The notes under the pieces are model-generated. The model was not told the DNA's origin and made no database searches. It saw only the letters and a program-made list of their open reading frames with translations. 64,000 bases of DNA, from positions 1-64,000 of the IMG/VR virus record IMGVR_UViG_3300042868_011225. One strand, written 5' to 3'. Numbering within the stretch: the first letter of the stretch is position 1; each line of letters starts with the position of its first letter. Positions 47,672-56,760 of this stretch are shown in pieces. A program made the translations under genes and the position numbers. This DNA is from a virus.

Positions 47672-50600
47672 TGTCAAAAGCGATAAGAATAAGAACAACA
47701 CCAAATGGTGGTGATAACTATATTAAGGTTAAACTAGAACAAGATTTTGATTTTCTAGAGATATTATCATTGAATATAAATCAAGAAGATGTTTATAAAC
47801 GATTTTCTTCTGATTATGGTGTCATCGTTGGTAGAGTAATTATCAACGGTGGTTTTGGTGTTCCAAATGCAAAAGTAAGTGTTTTTATACCGTTGGATAA
47901 CATTGATAAAAATGATGTCTTAAAAAGAGGTTTATATCCTTATGAAAAAATCAATGATAAAAATAGTGATGGTATCAGATATAATCTATTAACTCAAGAT
48001 TCTCAATCACAAAATGAATGTTTTACATCAATTGGTACCTTCCCAACAAAAAGAGAAGTTTTAGATAATGATGTTATGTTAGAAGTGTATTGTAAATATT
48101 ATAAATTTACAACGACTACTAATCAGGCTGGTGATTTTATGATTTTTGGCGTACCACTAGGTAATCACAATGTTCACTTGGATGCAGATATTTCAGATAT
48201 TGGTATTGCATCACAAAGACCTTATGATATGATTTCTAAAGGTGCTAGTATCTCTAGATTTGATTCAACTACTAAATTTTCTACTGGAACCAATTTAGAT
48301 AAATTAATGCAAGTAAAAAGCTTGGATGCAGGTGTAAACGTACAACCATTTTGGGGTGATAAAGAAAGTTATGAAATAGGTATTACTCGTTTAGATTTAG
48401 ATTTAAATTATGACATAACACCAGCGGCTATCTTTATGGGTAGTATATTTGGTGATAAAGATAAACATAGTGTTAACAAAAGATGTAGACCTAGAAAAAA
48501 ATTGGGTCTTTTAGACGAACAAATGACCAATGAAGGTACTATTCGTATGATTAGAAAAACCCTCGATAATAAAATTGAAGAATTTAATGTTGATGGGTCA
48601 GAACTTATTGATGATAAAGGTGCATGGGCATACCAAGTTCCAATGAATTTAGATTATATGGTTACCGATGAAGAGGGTAATCTTATTTTATCTGACGACC
48701 CTGATAAAGGGATTCCAACAAGAGCTAGAGTAAGATTTAACATTGGTATGACTAATGATGGTGGTTTAGGTAGGCTTAGAACAAGGGCTAGGTATTTAGT
48801 ACCTAATAACCCTAAAGTTCTATCTGAGATTGACTATGAGTTTGGTGCTAAAACAAAAAACACTAGTTTTAGAGATTTACATTGGAATAAAATATATACT
48901 GTTAGTAATTATATTAGTAGGTTCCAAAGAAATAACGTATTTACTGGTGCTTTAACTAGAGCAGCAACAGGTATTAAAGATGTTGAAAACACTGGCAAAG
49001 TGGCTTTTCCTTATAATAGAGTAAATACTGAAAATAACCCTATATTTTTTATTATTTGTTTAATTATGTGGATTCTTATCCTTGTAATTTTCTTTATGAA
49101 TTATATTGTTTTTCCTATTATTAATTTCTTTTTAGGTATTGTTAAAGATTTTTTCAAAACTCTTTGCCGTATTAAGATATGGAAGTGGAGACCATTCCGT
49201 TTTGCTTGTCGTATTGCCGATAGTATTAATTTTGTTGCGTGTATTGCAGTATCATGTCCATTTGATGATGGTTATAGTTATTCACCTGGTTGTTATAGTA
49301 GTAGTAGAGGATTTGGTGCTTTATGTGACGAAAGTGGTTGTCCTACTTACTATCCTGGTGATAGTTTCGGTCATGGTACTCCAGATTGTGGGTTAAGTGA
49401 TTGTATCGCTTTTGAAATGGCTAGAACACTAAACTTATTCCAATTTGATTTTTATAATGATTGGGTTAATGGTAGTTTATTTAGTTATTTATTAAAATAT
49501 AAAAGAAGAAAAAATAAATCAGAAAAATTCTGTGAATCAAATTGTGAAGATATTGCAGGTGGTGGTGTTGATGGAAATAATAATGGTACTGCTGATAATA
49601 AGTGTTATAGTAGTTTATTGATGGACACCTGTTTCAGAAGTGGTAAAGATTCACAAAAAAATACTAGAGGTATTGGTATTAATGAAGGGGTTATCAAAAA
49701 AGTTGGTACTGAATTTTATTACGCTGCAACAAATAGAAGTACTGACCTTAGACTATTTTCAACTGAAATAGTTAATTTAGGTTCAGTATTTGAATGTGAT
49801 TGGCAAGGTATACCTAAAATACAAAAATTATTAATACCTACAACATTTAAAGTACCACCAGATACTCAAGAATTAACCGATGATAAAACACAGGTAGAAA
49901 CTACTGGTATGGTTGATATTGGTGGTAATACGTGTGGTAATTTTTTCGATATTAATTGTTTAGGTCTTCATGTTGACCCTAGACAATGTGTCAATGTTAG
50001 ACATATTTGTGAAATGGGTGTTGATATTGACGAAGCAACGTTTTCCCCAACTGATAATAATACTTTAACTAATCAAGCTGATTGCATTATTGGTAAGTTA
50101 GATATTGATGATAATTTTGGTAAATGGACTAGAGATGTTTTCTATGGTTTAAACCAAACAGCCACACCATGGATTGGATTAACTAGTTTAACTATACCAC
50201 CAGCAGGATTTTCAACTGACTTTAATCTACAGAATGCAGGTGACTACAATCAAACTGCTGTTGGACCTAATGGTGCTGATTATGTTAGTTTTAGAAATAT
50301 AAGTATTAACAATGCACCTGCTAGTGATAATACTTTTGGTCAATCAGACCACTCATATTATTTTTATTTTGGATTAGAACCAGGTAGTACTGGTTTGGAT
50401 AAAATGAATAAAAAATTCTTTGCTGCTTGTATTAAACCAGAAAGAAATAGTATTGTAATTGAATCAAATTCTATCCCAGATATATTAAGTGGTGGTTCTG
50501 GTTGCATTAATTTTTCATTTATTGGTGGTACTGGACCATTCAATTACACAATCACTGGACTAAATGACCCACAAGGTAATCCGTTAAATATAACACCACA

Positions 50601-52176
50601 AACAGGTTCTGTACCAAATAGTAACACTACTACGCCAAACATATGTGGTTTTTATCCTGGAACTTATTTAATTTCGGCAACAGACGCATTAGGTACACCA
50701 ATTACAGATACTATTTCAGTCAATGGGGCAACACCTTTATACTGTTATAGTTTTGTTTCTAAATTGTTAAGTATTGATACCGCAACAGATGGTGAGATAA
50801 CGATAGGAAATGCTGGTGGTGGAGTCGCACCATTACGTTACACACTTAAAACTTCACAAGGTGTTACTGTTCCTGGTGTTGGTGGACCTGCTCTAGCAAC
50901 GACAAATTTGGTTTTAGGTGGGTTAGCTAGTGATTTGATTGGTTATACATTGAGAATTTACGATTCAGCAGTACCACCTGCTGAATGTATAACAACTGGT
51001 TTAACAATAACAGGTCCTAGTGTTATAAATATTAGATACACTGGAACAAATATACATTGTGCTGGTGAAGATACTGGTGCCATTAAGTTAGAAATTAATG
51101 GTGGTGTTCCACCATATACAACAAATATTGTTGGTCCAGATGGTTATCAAAATACTAGTTTAAATTTAGCTGGTTTAGCACCAGGGTCATATACGGTAAC
51201 AGTTGTTGATTCTGTTGGTTCTGCGGCAACACAAACATATTCACTAATAGAAGAAAATCCACTATTAACAATACTTAGAGCAAATGCTACTGACACCTCA
51301 AAACAATGTGACCCATTATTCCATAATATACCTTTTGATATTACTACTGGAGGTCCTCCTGGATTTCAAGCAAATGTTCAATATAGTCTAGATGCTGGTG
51401 ATACATGGGTAGATATTCAATTATCACCAACATCTGGTGTTAGATATGTACTATCAATAGGTCAGGGATTAGTTACTACAGACGGAGTTTTAATTAGATT
51501 TTGGGTTGATAATTTCCCTCGTCCAGGTATAGACCCTTGTTATTCTGAGGAATTAGTGTATGAACTTGATGAAATAAGACTACCACCTATGATTCCTGCT
51601 GGTAAAGCATATATTATGGATGGTTTACTTACTCAATACACACCAGCACTAGAAGCTATTTATAACAACAAAAGACAATGTAATGCTAACACTGGTACTT
51701 ATACGTTTAGTTTAGCTCATTTAGATATGGGCTTTACTAGCAGAGCACCTTATACTATTGATTATAAAGTAGATTCTACTGTTGCAACTACACAAACACT
51801 AACTCATTACAATGGATTAGTAACACTTACAGGTAGTAAAGGACCTGGTGATAATAACGTTGATTTTTACGTTAGAATAACTGATAACAAAGGTTGTACG
51901 TTCCCAGCTAACGCAACAAATGCCGCAAATACATGGTATAATGCTAGGGTTGCTTTACCTGCAGCTACATTGGCCTTAACCTCAATACAAACAACAGGAC
52001 CTAGTAGTGGTAATTATACACATATATTTACAGTTACTGGTGGTATAGCTCCCCTAACACTTGGTGCCAGTACTCCAATAAGTTCTGGTGTGCCACGTAC
52101 AATTGTTAACAATAGTTTGGTTTATGTTAATACGGTTACCGATGCTAATGGTTGTGTAATTCAAATTATAGGATAA
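47671..52176 (+). CDS. Large baseplate-region protein with a hydrophobic helix, Cys-rich middle and C-terminal SprB-like repeats
   Basis: N-terminal GVIVGRV...GVPNAKVSVF...GDFMIFGVPLG (carboxypeptidase-regulatory-like fold). Hydrophobic stretch at 49039-49143. GGTGPFNY, GGVPPYT...GLAPGSYTVTVVDS and VTDANGC repeats. Confidence 0.65.
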   Translation: MSKAIRIRTTPNGGDNYIKVKLEQDFDFLEILSLNINQEDVYKRFSSDYGVIVGRVIINGGFGVPNAKVSVFIPLDNIDKNDVLKRGLYPYEKINDKNSDGIRYNLLTQDSQSQNECFTSIGTFPTKREVLDNDVMLEVYCKYYKFTTTTNQAGDFMIFGVPLGNHNVHLDADISDIGIASQRPYDMISKGASISRFDSTTKFSTGTNLDKLMQVKSLDAGVNVQPFWGDKESYEIGITRLDLDLNYDITPAAIFMGSIFGDKDKHSVNKRCRPRKKLGLLDEQMTNEGTIRMIRKTLDNKIEEFNVDGSELIDDKGAWAYQVPMNLDYMVTDEEGNLILSDDPDKGIPTRARVRFNIGMTNDGGLGRLRTRARYLVPNNPKVLSEIDYEFGAKTKNTSFRDLHWNKIYTVSNYISRFQRNNVFTGALTRAATGIKDVENTGKVAFPYNRVNTENNPIFFIICLIMWILILVIFFMNYIVFPIINFFLGIVKDFFKTLCRIKIWKWRPFRFACRIADSINFVACIAVSCPFDDGYSYSPGCYSSSRGFGALCDESGCPTYYPGDSFGHGTPDCGLSDCIAFEMARTLNLFQFDFYNDWVNGSLFSYLLKYKRRKNKSEKFCESNCEDIAGGGVDGNNNGTADNKCYSSLLMDTCFRSGKDSQKNTRGIGINEGVIKKVGTEFYYAATNRSTDLRLFSTEIVNLGSVFECDWQGIPKIQKLLIPTTFKVPPDTQELTDDKTQVETTGMVDIGGNTCGNFFDINCLGLHVDPRQCVNVRHICEMGVDIDEATFSPTDNNTLTNQADCIIGKLDIDDNFGKWTRDVFYGLNQTATPWIGLTSLTIPPAGFSTDFNLQNAGDYNQTAVGPNGADYVSFRNISINNAPASDNTFGQSDHSYYFYFGLEPGSTGLDKMNKKFFAACIKPERNSIVIESNSIPDILSGGSGCINFSFIGGTGPFNYTITGLNDPQGNPLNITPQTGSVPNSNTTTPNICGFYPGTYLISATDALGTPITDTISVNGATPLYCYSFVSKLLSIDTATDGEITIGNAGGGVAPLRYTLKTSQGVTVPGVGGPALATTNLVLGGLASDLIGYTLRIYDSAVPPAECITTGLTITGPSVINIRYTGTNIHCAGEDTGAIKLEINGGVPPYTTNIVGPDGYQNTSLNLAGLAPGSYTVTVVDSVGSAATQTYSLIEENPLLTILRANATDTSKQCDPLFHNIPFDITTGGPPGFQANVQYSLDAGDTWVDIQLSPTSGVRYVLSIGQGLVTTDGVLIRFWVDNFPRPGIDPCYSEELVYELDEIRLPPMIPAGKAYIMDGLLTQYTPALEAIYNNKRQCNANTGTYTFSLAHLDMGFTSRAPYTIDYKVDSTVATTQTLTHYNGLVTLTGSKGPGDNNVDFYVRITDNKGCTFPANATNAANTWYNARVALPAATLALTSIQTTGPSSGNYTHIFTVTGGIAPLTLGASTPISSGVPRTIVNNSLVYVNTVTDANGCVIQIIG

Positions 52177-52177
52177 A

Positions 52178-54016
52178 ATGGATATAGAAAGATTAAAACA
52201 AAGACTCAACGCATTTACATCTAAAAAAGATGTAAATGATGACACGTATTTAAAAATCAACATTAATAACAAAGAAAGGTTATTACCACCTGACGAAAAA
52301 AATAAAACTGTCAACGCTGGTGATAGATTTGATGTTGAAAGAAATCGCAGTAGTTATTATAGAATTGTTGGGTCGATAAACCCAACAGTTTCAAATGCGT
52401 TATTTAATTTAAACGATTCATCTAATTTTAACGCATTTACATGGTCTACATTTAACGATTTGGCATTTTTGGACACATCATATCCAAAAGATAACGATGT
52501 TGCTGATAAAACGGATTACACGTATCAATTATCATTAAAAAATAATTTGGTTGATATTAATGGATGGTTTGGTCATTTTAATCCAGACAAAACACGTTCT
52601 GGTTTTTGTGATTTTTTTGATATGGAACCAAAAAGACAACGTTTTTCGTTTATTCCAGATACGGCTCCTTTTCAAGCAACACCTGCACAACTTAGTGATG
52701 CAACAACACAAATAAAAAATTGGGAATTAACAATAACTTATCCAGCATCTGCAGACACAACCCATTACATGGTTTACAGTCCAACAACTGGAAATGGGTT
52801 ATTGATAGTTGATAAAGTTGCAAGTACTATTGCAACTAGACCCATGACTGGTTTTGGTGTTCCATGCAAACATAACCTTAAAATAGGTGATATTGTTAAA
52901 ATTACTGGTAGTACTGGTTTTGATGGGGAACACGTTGTTATTAGAACAGGATTAGATAATGGTGATTTAAAAGATAATTATTTTGTTTTAGATTTACCAA
53001 ATACAGGTGTTATTGATTTTGATACTAGAATGGTTAAAGTAATAAATGGTATTGATTCTAAGTATTATTTTAGAAGATTTAAAAAAATAAAAACCAAACA
53101 AGCACCAGTCATTGAAACAGATGATTATGAAACATATGCGTTAGGTTTTAGTGAAAATATATACTACGATAAAATTACACAATTTTCTTTTAATGAAGAT
53201 ATTGATGTTAGTGGGTTGGTTGACAATTTAGGAAGACCATTAAGTGAGATATTTTTAACTATTATTAAAACAGATAGCAACGGTTTATTTACCAGAGTAT
53301 CATCAGGGATAGAAACTCCGTTTGTAGAAAATTTTAACAATAATGGAAGTGGTTTTAATTATTTAAGAGCTTTACCAGTTATCAATAAAATACACAACGG
53401 TCAACCATCAACACTTGGTACACCATTACCCTTTGTTTCTTACACGCCTTTAGAATCTAATGTTTTAATTACTAATAATTTATTTTATGGTGATTTGGTT
53501 GAATTTAATTCAAATACTTTGTTAGAGGTTGTTTTGGCTGATGTTCACCACAGATTTAATACCGTAAATAGAGAAACACCAGCTACTTTACAAGCAGTAA
53601 ATATGCTTCAAGTTTCTGTACCACCATCAATTACTGAAAATGTAACATTAGGGCCAAGACAAGAAGGTTATTATTATAAATCACACCACCCTTTTAAAAT
53701 TAGAGATTTTTCTAGTTATATTGAAACGGGTGATGCTGGAACCGTTGATATGCCAAGTTATGCGATTGATTTAGGTGATGGGAGATTTGTTTGGAGAGAT
53801 TTGTTAGATTTAGGTTTTTCTGAATCTAGCATTAAACCTTTGGATTATCCATTTCTTAATGGTACACATTATTTATACGATAATTTTTGTTTTTATTTAA
53901 AAAGACAAGACCCATTCAATACGTGGGATTTATTTCATACAGATTTTCCAGCAGACCCAATAGGTGAAAAAATAACTGATAACTTTACAATTAATTCAGA
54001 AGAAGATGTTTGTTAA
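52178..54016 (+). CDS. Hypothetical structural (baseplate-region) protein
   Basis: 612-aa ORF in the coupled operon; SKYYFRRFKKI, LVDNLGRPLSEIFLT, WRDLLDLGF...DYPFLNG motifs. Confidence 0.65.
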   Translation: MDIERLKQRLNAFTSKKDVNDDTYLKININNKERLLPPDEKNKTVNAGDRFDVERNRSSYYRIVGSINPTVSNALFNLNDSSNFNAFTWSTFNDLAFLDTSYPKDNDVADKTDYTYQLSLKNNLVDINGWFGHFNPDKTRSGFCDFFDMEPKRQRFSFIPDTAPFQATPAQLSDATTQIKNWELTITYPASADTTHYMVYSPTTGNGLLIVDKVASTIATRPMTGFGVPCKHNLKIGDIVKITGSTGFDGEHVVIRTGLDNGDLKDNYFVLDLPNTGVIDFDTRMVKVINGIDSKYYFRRFKKIKTKQAPVIETDDYETYALGFSENIYYDKITQFSFNEDIDVSGLVDNLGRPLSEIFLTIIKTDSNGLFTRVSSGIETPFVENFNNNGSGFNYLRALPVINKIHNGQPSTLGTPLPFVSYTPLESNVLITNNLFYGDLVEFNSNTLLEVVLADVHHRFNTVNRETPATLQAVNMLQVSVPPSITENVTLGPRQEGYYYKSHHPFKIRDFSSYIETGDAGTVDMPSYAIDLGDGRFVWRDLLDLGFSESSIKPLDYPFLNGTHYLYDNFCFYLKRQDPFNTWDLFHTDFPADPIGEKITDNFTINSEEDVC

Positions 54017-54890
54017 TAGATACCAAATAAATTTAAGTTCAATAAGTAGTGCCGCAACAGCGACTACTATAAACATACCTGTTAGTTTAGAAAGCCAAGA
54101 AATTGGTCAATCTGAACTAATTGACAAAATATTTGTTGACGTACAAGTTGAAAACGCAATCAATCCAATTTCTGATTATGATAAGGTTAGATTTTTACCT
54201 TTGGGTACCAATAATAAACCTATTGTAACAATTTCATATAATTTAGATTTAACTGGGTCAACAGATTACAAAGCTATTGGTTTTGCTGATAATGATATAA
54301 AATATCTAAAAAGTTGTTTTAAAGAAAGCTTTGTTTATATGGCATTTTTTGATTCACCTAATCCAATGACACAAAGACTTATTAGTTATCAAACAATTTA
54401 TTCTAAATTAAATGATAATGATTTATTAGGTATTGAAAGTCAACAAATACAAATATATGGTTCAGTTATTGGTATACCTGGCCAACCAGTGCCAGCAAAT
54501 GAAGTAAATTTACATTTTATTGTTAAAAATCCAATCCTAAAACCTTTAGGGTTTTCAGAAGGATATTATCTGTATGATTACAGAGATGAATTAAAAATTG
54601 GTGAATCTAAGTATTTATATATGAGAGCTAGCTTCAAAAATGCTAAAACTGGTAAATCAACAAATTTAATGGTTGCCAACCCAGCATCACCTTTACAAAT
54701 AGATAAAGTGGTTAATGAGTTATACACTAGATATATATTAACAAGAGATATTACAGGTTATTACTATAGAATAGATGAAACATACCATGGGAATTTAACT
54801 CCTTCTGGCAGTGTTGATACTAGTCCAAATAACGTATCACATGCTAGTAATGATGTGATTATAAATCTATATCAAATACAAGCACAATAA
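54006..54890 (+). CDS. Hypothetical structural protein
   Basis: 294-aa ORF overlapping both neighbours. Confidence 0.65.
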   Translation: MFVNRYQINLSSISSAATATTINIPVSLESQEIGQSELIDKIFVDVQVENAINPISDYDKVRFLPLGTNNKPIVTISYNLDLTGSTDYKAIGFADNDIKYLKSCFKESFVYMAFFDSPNPMTQRLISYQTIYSKLNDNDLLGIESQQIQIYGSVIGIPGQPVPANEVNLHFIVKNPILKPLGFSEGYYLYDYRDELKIGESKYLYMRASFKNAKTGKSTNLMVANPASPLQIDKVVNELYTRYILTRDITGYYYRIDETYHGNLTPSGSVDTSPNNVSHASNDVIINLYQIQAQ

Positions 54891-55801
54891 TGGAATTAGT
54901 TAGAAAAACGATATTACTAGAAGATAGTACAGATAGAAGAGCTGTTGATTCAAATGGTAACCCTAATAAACAGTGGGGTAGAATGACAGCGACTACTTTT
55001 TACATAAATATTATGTTAACACAATCTATGGATAACATGGGTATTTTTGCAGATATGGAATTTTCAGCAAAAACTCAAAGTAGTTCAGTCCCTGATTATA
55101 CAATTTTAAAACAAAAATTACTACCATTAAATGCAAGTTTTAATTTTATAAATGGTGATATAGTTACACTCAATCCGCTTAATCTAACAAGTAGGGAAAT
55201 TGCAACATTAAGATTACCAAATAAAGGTGTAAGTCTTTATTATAATTATCCAGCCATTAACTCTTTAAATTTTAAAATTACGGGTTATACTGATAGTAAA
55301 ATAGAAGACTTAAGGTCATATAAGGCTAGCAATCCTTTTCAAGTTGGTTTTGATATGGAAAGAGTTGAGTATTATAATTATGCCAACGCACTTGTTAAAG
55401 GTGTTAGCAGAATTCATTCAATGGCTGAACCTAGAATTTATGTATTTGATACACCTACTGGTGCAACCCTAGGTCAATCATCACAAATTAATGGATTGCA
55501 ATATATTGAGTATACAGGTAAAACTAGACAAGTAACATTAAATGGTTTAACAAGTGGAATTCCACTTACTCAATTTAGTTATGTTTGTGAAGGTATAAAT
55601 ATGAGAAATACTTCATTATCGGCAATAACAAAAGAAGAATATTTATTTGGTGTAATTTTTCAACCAGAAGTTAAAAGTGAAGTATTTATAGAAAGAGGTA
55701 TAACTTCAGTTATGGACAAACATTTAAGGTTATCAGAAATAACAAATTTAAATGAATTTGCACGTTATGGTAATGGGTTATATACATTAAATAAACAATA
55801 A
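54890..55801 (+). CDS. Hypothetical structural protein
   Basis: 303-aa ORF with TAATG coupling; C-terminal ITKEEYL...PEVKSEVFIERG...RLSEI...YGNG. Confidence 0.65.
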   Translation: MELVRKTILLEDSTDRRAVDSNGNPNKQWGRMTATTFYINIMLTQSMDNMGIFADMEFSAKTQSSSVPDYTILKQKLLPLNASFNFINGDIVTLNPLNLTSREIATLRLPNKGVSLYYNYPAINSLNFKITGYTDSKIEDLRSYKASNPFQVGFDMERVEYYNYANALVKGVSRIHSMAEPRIYVFDTPTGATLGQSSQINGLQYIEYTGKTRQVTLNGLTSGIPLTQFSYVCEGINMRNTSLSAITKEEYLFGVIFQPEVKSEVFIERGITSVMDKHLRLSEITNLNEFARYGNGLYTLNKQ

Positions 55802-55824
55802 AAAAAAATTAATAAAAGAATAAA

Positions 55825-56751
55825 ATGGCAAATGGAACATACGGTATAGTAAGACCAGCAGATATAACACCAGAAGATGTAGAAATATTTTATCATTTTA
55901 CTGCGTCTAGAGATAGTATTGGTAATGTAACGTTACAAAAATTATCACCAAGTAGTGATTATTTAATTAAAATTGATAACCCAAATAAAGTTCAATCACA
56001 AGTATCTGGTTTTGAAATTTTTGGTGGTATGTATACACTTAAACTACCTACAGATACATTTAATACCAAAGGTTTTTATACTATTATTATTAAACCAGTT
56101 GAAATTCGTACTAGGATTGTAGATGTAGGTGTGTTATCCGCATATCCAGACACCAAAGGTATTATATTTGACATTTCTAGTGTACCAACACAATTTACCA
56201 ATAGATTTGAAAATAATGGTTTGGTAGGTTATAGAATTGAATATATAAACAGCAATACATCAACAGCTGATGCGAAGATAAGTAATTTTTATAGAGTAAT
56301 TACGTCTAATAACAGAGCAGAACCAGTTAATCAAAACTTAACTAACACGAGTCAAAAAGCCATACGTTATAGATTCAATGATAACTCTACACTTACATAT
56401 TGTACTGTAACACCAAGTTCAGCAGCAAGTATCAACCCAAATGTATTTCCATTTATTGGACAACCAAATCAACAAGTCATTATTACCAATACATTTTTCA
56501 ATCCTTTGATGATTGAAGTTGAAATGGTACAACATGATATTGAGACACTTGCATTTGCTATGTTTGGAAATCAATCAAAATCACTTGATGATGGAATTTA
56601 TACTATTTATAATTTTAATAATGATATTTATAAACAATACAACTTATACGAAATTAAAGACGTATATACTGGTACTCCGTTATTTGAAGTACGAGAAGAA
56701 AGAAAAAGTGTTGATTTTGATAAAGCATTTGATAAAGTAACAAAAATATAA
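55825..56751 (+). CDS. Hypothetical structural protein
   Basis: 308-aa beta-rich ORF within the baseplate operon. Confidence 0.65.
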   Translation: MANGTYGIVRPADITPEDVEIFYHFTASRDSIGNVTLQKLSPSSDYLIKIDNPNKVQSQVSGFEIFGGMYTLKLPTDTFNTKGFYTIIIKPVEIRTRIVDVGVLSAYPDTKGIIFDISSVPTQFTNRFENNGLVGYRIEYINSNTSTADAKISNFYRVITSNNRAEPVNQNLTNTSQKAIRYRFNDNSTLTYCTVTPSSAASINPNVFPFIGQPNQQVIITNTFFNPLMIEVEMVQHDIETLAFAMFGNQSKSLDDGIYTIYNFNNDIYKQYNLYEIKDVYTGTPLFEVREERKSVDFDKAFDKVTKI

Positions 56752-56760
56752 TTATAAATA

